Part shown: one piece after another, positions 49,019 through 59,672 of the stretch | Layout: each line of letters opens with the position of its first letter | How positions within the stretch are numbered: position 1 is the first letter of the stretch | Source: Piedraia hortae CBS 480.64 | Taxonomy: Eukaryota | Reading direction: 5' to 3' | Length of the DNA stretch: 64,000 nt | Assembly: GCA_010093745.1 (NCBI GenBank) | Contig: MU005984.1 | Location: 1 to 64,000, forward strand | Position numbers and translations under genes: made by a program | The notes under the pieces: generated by a model | The model's database searches: none | Told to the model about the DNA's origin: nothing | The model's input: the letters and a program-made list of their open reading frames with translations, nothing else

Positions 49019-49149
49019 AACACGCTAACTTACCTTGTGAATTTGCCAAGTTTGATTGAGATTGTGGGCCGAATATGTGAGGTGGGGCGAGGTGGGTCCG
49101 AAAATTGTCGCGGCCCGCCGTCAAACGTCCAACCAAACAACGGCAAACA

Positions 49150-51295
49150 ATGGTCAGGTTCGGACAGCAGCTACGCAGCTCGCTCAATAGAGAATGGTCA
49201 TACTATTATATTTCTTACGATGCCCTCAAAGCCAACCTCTCCACCAAAGGCTGGACCGAAGCCGATGAACAGCGATTCGTCAATCTTCTCGAAGAGGAAC
49301 TGGAAAAGGTATTCGACTTCCAAAAGGTGAAGAGCCAGGAAATCGTGCGCCGCATCAATACGTGCGAAAAGGAAGTGTCGGAAGCTATCGCGCACGCTGA
49401 CGAAGACGGCTCTACGGATGATTTTGCCCTGTTAGAAGAGGATCTCTCTGATATCATCGCCCAGGTCCACGACCTTGCGAGATTCACCCAGCTGAATTAC
49501 ACTGGATTCCAGAAGATTATTAAAAAACATGACAAGCAGACGCAGTGGCACCTCAAACCTGTATTTGCTGCACGGCTAAATGCACGCCCATTTTTCAAGG
49601 ACGACTACGATCTCACCGTCATCAACCTTTCTAACCTCTACGACCGCGTGCGCAACAGAGGCAAACCGACGACCGGGGACAGTTCGTCTGGCGGGAAGCA
49701 GCAGAACTTTATCCGACAGACTACAAAATACTGGGTGCATCCTGATAATGTGACTGAGCTAAAGTTGACCATTCTAAAGCACCTTCCGGTCCTGGTCTTC
49801 AATCCAAGCAAAGCATTTGAAAAGGAGGATTCTGCGATTTCATCCGTGTATTTTGACAACCTCGACTCGTTCGAGCTCTATGAAGGGCGTCTGAAAAAAA
49901 GCGAGGGCGCGGAAGCGATCCGACTTAGATGGTACGGCGGCATGGGCTCTCAGGAGATCTTTGTAGAGCGCAAAACGCACCGCGAAGACTGGACGGGTGA
50001 GAAGTCGGTCAAGGCGCGGTTTTCAATTAAGGAGAAGAACGTCTCAGCGTACCTAAACGGCTCCCTCTCTCCAGAAGCGCTTTTTGAAAAGATGCGACGG
50101 GACGGTAAGAAATCCCCGGCCGAAATCGATCAGCTTGAGCAGTTGGCGCGTGAGATCCAGTTCCACGTCCTGGACCGAAAACTCGAGCCCGCCTGTAGGT
50201 CCTTTTACAACCGCACTGCCTTCCAACTTCCCGGCGATGCTCGCGTGCGCATCTCTCTTGACACGGAACTCACCCTCATAAACGAGGCCCACCGAACTGG
50301 ATCCTCTTGGCGTCGACCAGACGTAGGCGTCGACTATCCCTTTTCCTACCTCAACCCCTCCGAAATCGAGCGCTTCCCCTACGGCATTTTAGAAGTCAAA
50401 CTCCAAACAGCAGCGGGAAGCGAACCACCCCAATGGATCCGCGACCTCGTAGCCTCACACCTCGTGGAAGCCGTACCCAAATTCTCCAAATTCATCCACG
50501 GCTGCGCCACTCTCTTCCCACGCATCAATCTCCTACCGTTCTGGTACATACAAATGGACACTGACATCCGCAAACCCATCAAGAACCTCCTCGGCGTGGG
50601 CCGTAGCATCGAGTCCCTCACAGGCGGCAGTGGCAGTATCAGCGACGAAGAAAGCCACCCCGTCTCACCCACACGCGAAGACACAGAACCAGCAGGTAAC
50701 GTCCTCGACGAGGAAGAACGCACAGCCCTTCTCGACGGCATTCGCGAAGCGGATTACCCCCTCTACGACTCCGAAGAAGACGAAACCGACGCGGCCGTGG
50801 CCGAAGGCGGATGGAAGAACCTCTGTCCTAGATTCAAACGCGCGCTTAGCGTAATGGTGGGCGGGAACCTTGTGCGTGAAGCGGGTCTGAAGAGGTTCAA
50901 AGCCCCCCCTGGAAAGAAAATCCATGTTCCTGTTCGGGTGGAGCCAAAGGTCTCGTTTGCGGTTGAGAGGACGTTTCTCGCTTGGGTTTGTCATCCCTAA
51001 CCCGTCCATATCGTGCTGACTTTGGGCGTAGTTTGAATTTGCGATACTGCTAGGAGGGATAGCGACTACCCTCCTAAACTTTGCTTCGAGCATAGCTAGG
51101 GCCTCGGCTGTGGTGTTCACGATCCTTGTCTGTGTCGCCCTGGTTTATACGGCTGTTATCTTCATGCAGAGAGTCGACCTCCTGCAGAAGCGCAGGGCGG
51201 GGAGGTACCATGATCCCATCGGCCCGACCGTGCTCTGTATCGGTGTGTTTATCGCGGTCGCGGGCGGGTTTGTAGGGAAGCTTGTCACTACATAA
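49150..51295 (+). CDS. VTC4: Vacuolar polyphosphate polymerase Vtc4 (SPX-VTC-DUF202); intron 50986-51031
   Basis: MVRFG..YYISYDALK, LNYTGFQKIIKKHDK, RQTTKYWVH, IRLRWYG, ILEVKLQ, PKFSKFIHG, RVEPKVSFAVERTFLAW and three TM helices. Confidence 0.95.
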
Positions 51296-51487
51296 ACCGT
51301 TGGATCCACGTTCTGCAGATATGCTCTCGCTTGATGTGAGTATTCATGAAAGGAGGGTACATAGAAAAACGTACAAACTTTCAAAACTATGACCTCCTTC
51401 CAAAACGCTTCCAAACAATGCACAAATCTACATATCATCTTCTCCAGCACCCAGCAGCCTACGCCGGATAAGCCGATGAAGAGAGAA

Positions 51488-51684
51488 GGTGGACTATTCG
51501 CGTCAGCTGGAGATAGTGCGAAACCAGCGACACTGTGCCCTTGGACATGAGCATGCTCAGCGGTCGCGGAAGCAAGTTCCAAAAATGAGTATAACCAGTG
51601 AAGCCTCCGTAGAGGCGTATCAGGGATTAAACTGAAAAGAACAGATACTACACTTGATCTAAGCCAAGAGGCAAAGAGAGCTGA
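51488..51684 (-). ncRNA. U2: U2 spliceosomal snRNA
   Basis: Reverse complement reads AGCTCTCTTTGCCTCTTGGCTTAGATCAAGTGTAGTATCTGTTCTTTTCAG, including the branch-point recognition sequence GTAGTA. Sm site ATTTTTGG and 3' stem-loops follow; TATATA lies about 35 bp upstream (51719-51724). Ends are approximate. Confidence 0.95.
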
Positions 51685-51949
51685 AGAAGAAAAGAAGCCT
51701 GAGAGCGGAAGATTCGCATATATAGGGTGATTTTGACGCTAGCGAGCCATGTGCCTTTTCTTGACGGTTCTGGTTGGTTCTATGGAGTTGTCATTGGTTG
51801 TCAGAAGGCGGACTAGACTGTGTCTGGTTAGGTGTTTCACGTAGTCTGAGTTTTATGACTCATGCGGAGCCAACTGCCGCAAGTTGGATGAATGTAAAAC
51901 TTAAATCTGTGGCATACCAATCCATACCCGAATTTCTGCTCAATCCCCA

Positions 51950-52530
51950 CAAAATCTTGCCCAGATACCTTGTACGAACACGAAAGTTATTCCCTATACA
52001 TCTGCCTGAAAGCTAGTTCGAAAAGCCACGAATCACAAACATCCGAATCGGAACTGTTGTCATCTAGAAAGCAGACATATACAGGACAGAAATCTTTCCA
52101 CAATCATGTTCGATCAAAAAAGCCATGCAGCGGCTATCCATTACACATGGCTGGCTATGTTATTCGATACATCAGCCTACAAGCCAGAGCTGCCTAAAGT
52201 ATGCGTACAGGGCACAATTTGACTTTGACAAGTCTCGATCGACAGTGACAAACGTGGAAACCACCAGGATTTGTCACTGAGCATAGTATTGAGTTTCAAA
52301 TTTGTTGTACATGTTAGATGACGTGCCCGCGTGGACTTGGCAGATGCGGCCCATCTCTGCAGTGGAGCAGCTTGTAGGCTCTACATATAGACAACCATGA
52401 GGTTTCACCGCACGCACGGCGTTTTATGTTTCACAGGGATGAATGTAGCGTTTGTTGAAATGCCATGGTGGAATTCTCTGTCAAAGCACGATGATCACGT
52501 CGTTTTGGTAGCTTGGGGTAGACGTAAGTT
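51950..52530 (+). ncRNA. Candidate structured non-coding RNA, family unassigned
   Basis: Nested stems 52174-84/52370-80 (11 bp perfect), 52190-52215/52323-43, 52216-22/52296-302 and 52243-52/52270-79 (10 bp perfect), plus flanking hairpins. No credible ORF. Confidence 0.5.
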
Positions 52531-52864
52531 CAGGGAAGTGGTATATCTCGATAAAAGTATGTCGCATCTTCTTCAGAAATAGTAAGTTGGTGGATACGCG
52601 AAGGGGAATGTATCTACTTGCAGGGCCTTTCCATGGCTATATCCCCGCTATTGCCCAATTATGAGCGTTGGATGGTCTTCTATGTACACGTGTCGTGAGT
52701 GCAATGTTCATATATGCTCGTTGCTAGCGCATCTTCTCACGTTGACAGCATCCCTGTGAACGAAGTGACGTTAACAGGAACGGGCCGTAGTGGGGCGATC
52801 TCAAACATCGTCGGTCCAACCCCACCTCACCTCAACTCACATAAATACTGCAAAGCCATTGACA

Positions 52865-53608
52865 ATGTCCCACGCCCGCATCGAAGATATAACTGACGAC
52901 CCAGACGAGATGTCCATTGACGATATCTCGTTTGGGCGACCCTCGAATCAGATTCCCGCGGGATCGTCAGCAGGCTTCTCATCTGGATCAGCGATGGGAT
53001 TAGACCCTAGTCAGGTGTCGCCCGAAATTCTTCAAAGAATGATGATGATACAGGAGCAAAATATGATGATAATGCGGTCGCGAGGGCAGCCTGAGGATTG
53101 TAAAGGACACCAGTGTCTCTATCCAATCTACTTTGACTCGAAGCGTAGCCGTGCCGAGGGGAGGCGCGTGAGTACCAAGCTCGCTGTCGCCAACCCACTG
53201 GCGAGCGTAATGGCCGAGGGTGCAAGAGAGTTTGCGAGAAAGAAGGGCGTGGATTTAAAAGCTGTCTGTGAAATGAACAAGACACATCCAAGAGATTGGG
53301 GGAATCCAGGGAGGGTAAGGATTCTGGTGGAGAACGGGAAGAAGAAAGCGGAGGTCATGCAGTTTATCGCGAAATTCCTACAGAGTAAGAGTGAAATGTT
53401 ACAAGGAGAGAAGCCCCAGGCGACGGTGAGAGGCCTGAAGCTCAACAGCGTGCTGCCGCCCGAATCGCCGGCCATATCTGGAGGAGGAGTGACGGACGAC
53501 ATGTTGAAACAGATGATGAATGGAATGGGAGGACAGATCCCCGGTATGGATGCGTTGATGAAGGGGCCACCGGGGGGTGGAAAGAAGCGAGTTGTGGTGC
53601 GGAGGTAG
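52865..53608 (+). CDS. SEC65: Signal recognition particle subunit Sec65/SRP19
   Basis: MSHARIEDI, CLYPIYFDSKRSRAEGRRV..AVANPLA, KTHPRDWGNPGRVRI. Confidence 0.93.
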   Translation: MSHARIEDITDDPDEMSIDDISFGRPSNQIPAGSSAGFSSGSAMGLDPSQVSPEILQRMMMIQEQNMMIMRSRGQPEDCKGHQCLYPIYFDSKRSRAEGRRVSTKLAVANPLASVMAEGAREFARKKGVDLKAVCEMNKTHPRDWGNPGRVRILVENGKKKAEVMQFIAKFLQSKSEMLQGEKPQATVRGLKLNSVLPPESPAISGGGVTDDMLKQMMNGMGGQIPGMDALMKGPPGGGKKRVVVRR

Positions 53609-53613
53609 TCGTT

Positions 53614-54794
53614 TTATTTCTTCTTCGCCACCCAGAAGCCAGGGCGATAGACGGTCTGACGCATACTTGCAGGATCTTGCAAGAAGCCCTGCGGCATGGC
53701 ATGATCCTGCTCTAGAATGATAAATCCCTGATCTTTGACGAGTGAAATCACGAGGTCATTGCTCAGCTCGAAGCCGCCTGGCGCTGCGATGCCTTCACCA
53801 TCGGCTGTCGCACAATCCATGGCCTGACCGACAAAGTGCCACAGCAGTGGCCCCAGGTTGACCCAGATACCGCCTGGTTTGAGGCAGTTTTTGACGGCCT
53901 CGATGTAGCGCAGCAGGTTCGGCGCCGTATCGATGAAGAAACAGGTAGCGACGGCGTTGAAGGCATCGGAATTCTCCTTTTTCCGGTAGGTCGAACAAAA
54001 GTCGCCCGTCACCATCTGCATGCGTTCATTGAAAGGAACCGAGGTGGGCGGCATGACAGCGGGATGCACATCGGGAATGTATACGGCGCGCAGCTGTCCC
54101 GAACGGCTCTGGTTATTCTCAAAGCTCAGTGCAAATGGGAAGATCTTGTGTTGACCGGCTTTGGAACAGTAGTTCAAGATGTAGTTCGACGCCATAAGCT
54201 GGTGAAAGGAAATCTCGTTGCCCTCCACAGTGTATCCCGCCGCGCAAAGGTCCCACAGCTGCCGACCCAGTCCGCTGCCAGGCACCAGGATACGGAAACG
54301 GTGGCGCGTCTGCATCGTGGCAGGTGGCAGGTGCTCCTCCAGCGCTCTCTGGATGCGACCATACGATGAGTCACGCTCGTGTTTACCAGCGACGGACCAG
54401 TCGCGGAAGCATTGACGTATAGTACATGATGCCTTTTCCAGATCAGATGCCTTGGCTGTGCCGTGCCATGATGTATCCTCCGGCGGAACGCCAAATGATT
54501 CGAGGGCAATCTGCAGAATGGCTTCTGCCACATCAGCGTTGGCGTCAATGGCACTTTCTACGCAATCATAGAGCTCCGGCAGCGAATATGGCGGTTTGGA
54601 AAGTTGAGCCACGTGTGCATCCGGCAACGAGTAGAAAGACGCTCGACGCGGAACCACAAAGTTTTGCAGTGCAGTGCGTCGATATTGGCTCTTGGGTCAG
54701 CAAAAGTCATGAATCTTAGACGGAAGACTTACCGAAAAGAGTCGAGCGCGGCATAGAGGACCCTTTTCTCGTTTTCCTCTTGTGTATCTGCCAT
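53614..54794 (-). CDS. CARNMT1: Carnosine N-methyltransferase (N2227-like); intron 54689-54732
   Basis: Motifs RQCFRDWS..G..ER, ILVPGSGLGR, GNEISF, TCFFIDTA and WVNLGPLLWH. Confidence 0.9.
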
Positions 54795-55019
54795 GTTCTC
54801 TATTGCTGAGACTATTGCGTTATCATGGCCCAGACGTGAATATTGCCCTACTTCCTCTGTGTGTGTCAACCAAAGCGGGGCGGCCCACGGCCCCACCCTA
54901 CATACAGATGGACCACTGCCCCACCTTATATGGTGCATGTCACCTAGAACCCACACCTTGTATCATTCCATTCGAGGATTACATAATACAGTTTGGTACG
55001 TAAAATACACTTCAGAGGC

Positions 55020-55895
55020 GTTGATTATGAAGCACTGTACTTGGAACTAACTCTGTAAGTGTTGTCGATCAAAAACAGGTTCGGAAATTTCATAAGCATA
55101 TTCAAGCACCATCTGAAGGTCCCAAAAATGCGGGTGATCCTATCACCAGTCCCTCGATCAATACTAAAGACCATCCCATGCTGCCCCCTGTTCTTTTCGA
55201 GCTAGTCCAGGAACAATTGGGTGGCTGACCACGGCCCATACTTTTCTCTCCGCAACTTATGTTTGATATTCTTAGCATCGTCAGTAACGATGGGAGTCCT
55301 CAGGTGCGGCAAATTCTGTCCTTCACTGGCATTTGTCTGGTTATCCTCGGCCACGTTTGGTGTTACGACACCGCTATCACCGCGCAGGTACGCAGCAATT
55401 TGTCCTGCTGACAATTTACCCTGTTAGAGACAGGCGCTCAACTTGCGTTTCTGCTACGCCTGGATAGCGTCTACGCCAGAACCTGCGATAAGCTGGATCG
55501 CCGAGCTTGTCTAGTGCTACGCGGTGGCAATGCAGGTTGCAGATGAACTCCAACCGCCACAGATCCACTTCCTTTCTGTGTACGACTTTGACGTGATGCC
55601 AGCAACTGACGCCCTGTGTAGAGCGCTTGCGCTGCATTGGCTGGCCATTGATGGCGGAACTTCCCCGACAGGTACACTTAAAATCGTACCGAAATATCTC
55701 ACCCTCCGGATCGTATACTTCACCGGATTTCTTACGCCGTGTATAGGCGGCTTTGGTAATGGAATAAGAGGCACCGTACTGAGTGTCCTCCGGGGCAGTC
55801 AAGGCATCTGTTAAGTTGTGGTAATAGCCCTCAACGAAGCGAACCTCATAATTAGGGGGAAGAGTGCCCTTGATACGAGAGTTTGGATTGGTCAT
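55020..55895 (-). mobile_element. Mutator-like (MULE) transposase 5' remnant, frameshifted and truncated
   Basis: FAR1/WRKY-type zinc domain FKCTCRG...RSTQGVSCWHHVK...W......HCH. After a frameshift comes DAKNIKHKLRRE, then past a stop LFLIDNTY (first catalytic Asp, DxTY motif), where it ends. Confidence 0.75.
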
Positions 55896-56159
55896 TCTGT
55901 CTCTGCGTTAGAGCTAGTAAAGGTTGCTTGAATCACTTGAGTAAGAGGGTACAGTATGGGACGGCAGACAGTGAGCCGGCAAGATGTGGTATCGGAGGTT
56001 TTCTGGGTTCCTATGTACAATATAAGATGACGCGACCGTCACGCGAAGTCCCTGCGAGTTGTCGCGAACCTGTCGCGACAAAGGCTTTCCTCAATGATTG
56101 GCTTAGAAAAGCGCTAAGCCCAAATAGGCATGGGGAGGGGTCTAGATAACTAACGATGG

Positions 56160-57560
56160 GGGTCTAGATTTTCAGCGAGTGCAGTAATTCTAGTACTTGG
56201 TTGCACCTCCTTTCGACTTGACAACAGCAGCACACCTCCTCGGCATGCTTTCCACAAAGGCATGGCACTCCTCTGGAGTGATAGAGGCCCAGACTTCTTC
56301 CAGCCTCTCCTGCAGCTCCTTCAAGCTCTCTGCTTCGTCGTCATATTCCGCTAGCTTCCTCTTCACCATCCCCCAGAGGTGTCCGATGGGATTAAGGTCT
56401 AGAGAGTACGGCAGCCAGTCTAGAACGATGATTCCCTTCTCCTCGAAGTAATCATGGGCCAGCTTCGATGTGTGCTTGCTGCCCCCGTCCTGCTGAAGCT
56501 TGGTGCAGCCGAGGGACCGTATGCTGCTAGGAAGACTTTTCGGCATATTGCCGACATACTGCTTTGCGTCCATTCTGCCGACCCCATACTCGAATCGGCT
56601 GACACCTGCTGCTGACATGCAGCCCAAATTATGGTGCTGCGACCGCCAAACTTGACCGTACCCTTCACATTGTGTGGTTCGAGTTTATTCTCATGAGGCG
56701 GAACCCACCACCACTTCATCCCGTCGGACCTGATCCTATTAACTTTGGTCTCGTCGGTAAAGAGGACCTTCTCTCAGTCCTTCACGGTTCATTCCAGATG
56801 TTCTTCAGCCCATTTCAGGCGGGCTTTCATTGTCTTTTTCGGGCGGAGCGGGGCCTTCTTCTTTTGCATCGCCCTCAATTCGTTCTCTTTGAAAGCCTTG
56901 CGGACTGTTTCACTTGAAACATCAATATTTAAGTCCTGATTTAAAGCTCTGGCAACACCAGGTGACGAATCTCACCAGTGCACACCATACGCGCGACACG
57001 CCGTTTGGTAAAATTATCAAGCTTGGCTGGACGGCCGGCATTGCTATCTACAACGTTTGCACCCTTATCCTTCAGCTCCTTATGGACTCTTCCGACGTTA
57101 CCCTTGCTACATCCGGTGTCCTTCGCAATTTCACGGATCGATTTGCCCGATCTTATGCCAGCGATGTTGTTCTCACGCTTAGACGGTCCCAATGGTCGCA
57201 TGTTGATGGGATCTGAAAATTTTGATTGTTAGTGGAATCTGCAGGCTCTGGAATATGTTGTGTTCACTTTTAACGTGTGTCGGGGTGTTGTCTGTTGAAT
57301 ACGACTCGTTTTGGTTGATGTTGATGTTTTGATGCGTTGCCAATAAATTGTCTCACGGAATTGCATTACTTCAACATCAAGTTTCTCGCGCTATATATCA
57401 CGTACAGAGACGAGACTACATTCATTCGACAGCGTATTCGATAGTGCATTTGAAGCGCTATCGAATGACACTACTTTCAAGTTTGTATGATTAATAAGAC
57501 GCAAGTAATGGTTTTGATGTGTCAGTAACATTAAGATCTAGGACAATTTTCGGGACACTG
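56160..57560 (-). mobile_element. Degenerate Tc1-family (DD34E) transposon; one terminus visible
   Basis: HTH SIREIAKDTGCSKGNV, AGRP, FTDETKVNR, TVKFGG, QQDGGSKH, then 34 residues to NPI(G) with Glu replaced by Gly, and ESMPRR..AVVKSKGGATKY. Terminus reads TA-CAGTGTCCCGAAAATT on the minus strand at 57562-57545. Frameshifted. Confidence 0.88.
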
Positions 57561-58077
57561 TATGCTACTAGTATGGGCATTAGTGAGATAGTATCTCACG
57601 ACTGCCCATGTATCAGCAATTGAGCCAATGTCAGGCCCAGTGCAGTCGCCAACCGAGAGGCGAGCGCTGCCTCAATCTGTCGTGCAATCCTCTCGTCGAG
57701 GCTGGGCTGCCTCGGCCTGGGATTGTTTGTTCTTTGACGTTTGTTTGCAGCGCCAAGCGTTTCGAACGGCATGAGAGCAACCTCTTGCAGTTTGTATACA
57801 AGGCATCAAGTGCGGGTGTCTTCTCCCAAGGCCGTTTTGACGCATCGAATGCATCGGGAACTACGCCCTAGCTTAAGCAGAGTGCTGTTGGTCAGCTTGA
57901 GCGGAAGACATTATAGCATTGGTGTCAGTGAAGTGATGGTCATGTAGGAAAAGAGAAAGTAGAGCCTGGGCTGCTACCTATGAAGCTATTACGTGCTAGG
58001 CCTCTTGTCCTGGCGCGCGTTTTACTGGATCTAAACGATACAGATCTGGAGTGAATCGGATCTTGGGTAGTTACATA

Positions 58078-59672
58078 CACAGCCAGACTGTTCGGACGTC
58101 ATATGACTACTTTCCAGACTCAGAGTCCGTCATCAGGACCAATCATCTGATCTCAATGTGACGTCCAAAATACGTCCCTGGGCCAAACATCTCATGGATG
58201 TCAAAATTTCTCATCAGAGTGACGTGGCAGCGATGTAATAGAAACTCATTAGAAGAGGTTAAATTGACGTTCGAGAATGGTGTTCCGTTTACTGAATTTG
58301 CTTCTACTTTATAAACCAACTCAAGTTCATTGCATGTCCTTCATTCTCTATTTCGTAGCTCTGTTGAGTTACTTCCCCGGCTTCTTCCCTGGATTTAGCA
58401 GGGGATCAACCGGGGCCACTTACCTCCGGGACCATTTCCTTTGTTCTTTCTGCCTCGAGAACATCTTCGGATAACCTTGCACTATCATTGACGTCAGCAA
58501 TATGCCATCTGAATCAATGTTATCTCACCGGATGTCCTCTGCCAGGCGCAGAGGGGCCTTGTAGAAATTTGAAACATATAAAGAGTTACCCTCGAAAGGA
58601 CTGGTGATGGTTTTTGGTCTACTGAGATCCCAGGAGATCGCAGAATCGCTGCCTGGGATTCCGCTGGGACGATAGAATCATAAACTAACCACTAATGGTG
58701 TGTATATGTAAATGTCGGAGGTGAAGGCTTGTGATACGGTAAACCATCTCGTGCATTTTGCAGCCAGGTCGCCTCTGCGCACGGCTCATTTGGAGGGCCT
58801 TAGGTCGAGGTCGTGGCTCCTCAGGTTCTTTACCTCAGAAGGAGTTTTCCCTGAGACGGGTCAATGTCTCATTCATGCTGAGTGTATGTTTCGCTAACTT
58901 TATTCTCACAAATGTGGCTAGACTGAGGTAGAGTCGAGAGGGTTTATCCGACTCACTTCACATCATCATAAACATCTAAATCCACCTTTTGGCCACAGGA
59001 GTGCACGCACTTGTCATTAGTCTACGTTTCCGCATTAGCTATCGGAGGTGTACCCCTCCGACAAGGTCCCAACAGTGGAAGAGAAACGGGGGTGCATGGC
59101 GCATATTTGGGTGTCAGATCACTCGGCCATGACGAAGGCGCACGTATATGTCAATGTGTGTGCAAGAAAATAAAGTGAGGTGAGGTGAGGCAAAATGCGG
59201 AACATCACTGCACCCTAACTTGGTCTAGTTAAAAATGGGCTGTAGCCACGATCGACGAGAACACGTCGCAGAGCACGCACTAAATATGAGCAGGACCATG
59301 ACTTGTCCTAAGCATTAAACTTCTTCCGAAAAGGTAACTTGGGAGGCCTCAAGTTCCACATAATGTCCGCCAATAGCAGCATGCTCCGGAGCATGGGAAG
59401 ATATCGAGTCTTGCATAATTACTTAAATGTTTAATTTGCACTTTGGAATTATCATCCAAGTTCAATGGAAAATTTTATCCATCTTACATGTACCCATGAA
59501 AGAGTGAGGTCATACAAGTATCATACTGACGTCGAGAATACGTCAATCTAACATGTCTCAGTGACATCCTGGACCCTGACATCCGAATGGCGTCCTCGGG
59601 TACTCCCGCTCGAATTTTCGGACGTCATTCTGACGAATTTAGTCAGAATGACGTCCGAGGAAGCTGGCTGTG
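58078..59672. mobile_element. Non-autonomous TIR DNA element (about 1.6 kb) with CACAGCCAG ends and TA flanks
   Basis: Left end TA|CACAGCCAGACTGTTCGGACGTCATATGACTA; right end, reverse-complemented, TA|CACAGCCAGCTTCCTCGGACGTCATTCTGACTA. TGACGTC/TGACATCC motifs cluster at both ends. Confidence 0.75.

Noticed and set aside
52240..52285. SRP RNA next to SEC65 (GGAAAC loop)
   Set aside because: It lacks the SRP54-binding symmetric loop and the 5' GCTGTAATGGC motif.
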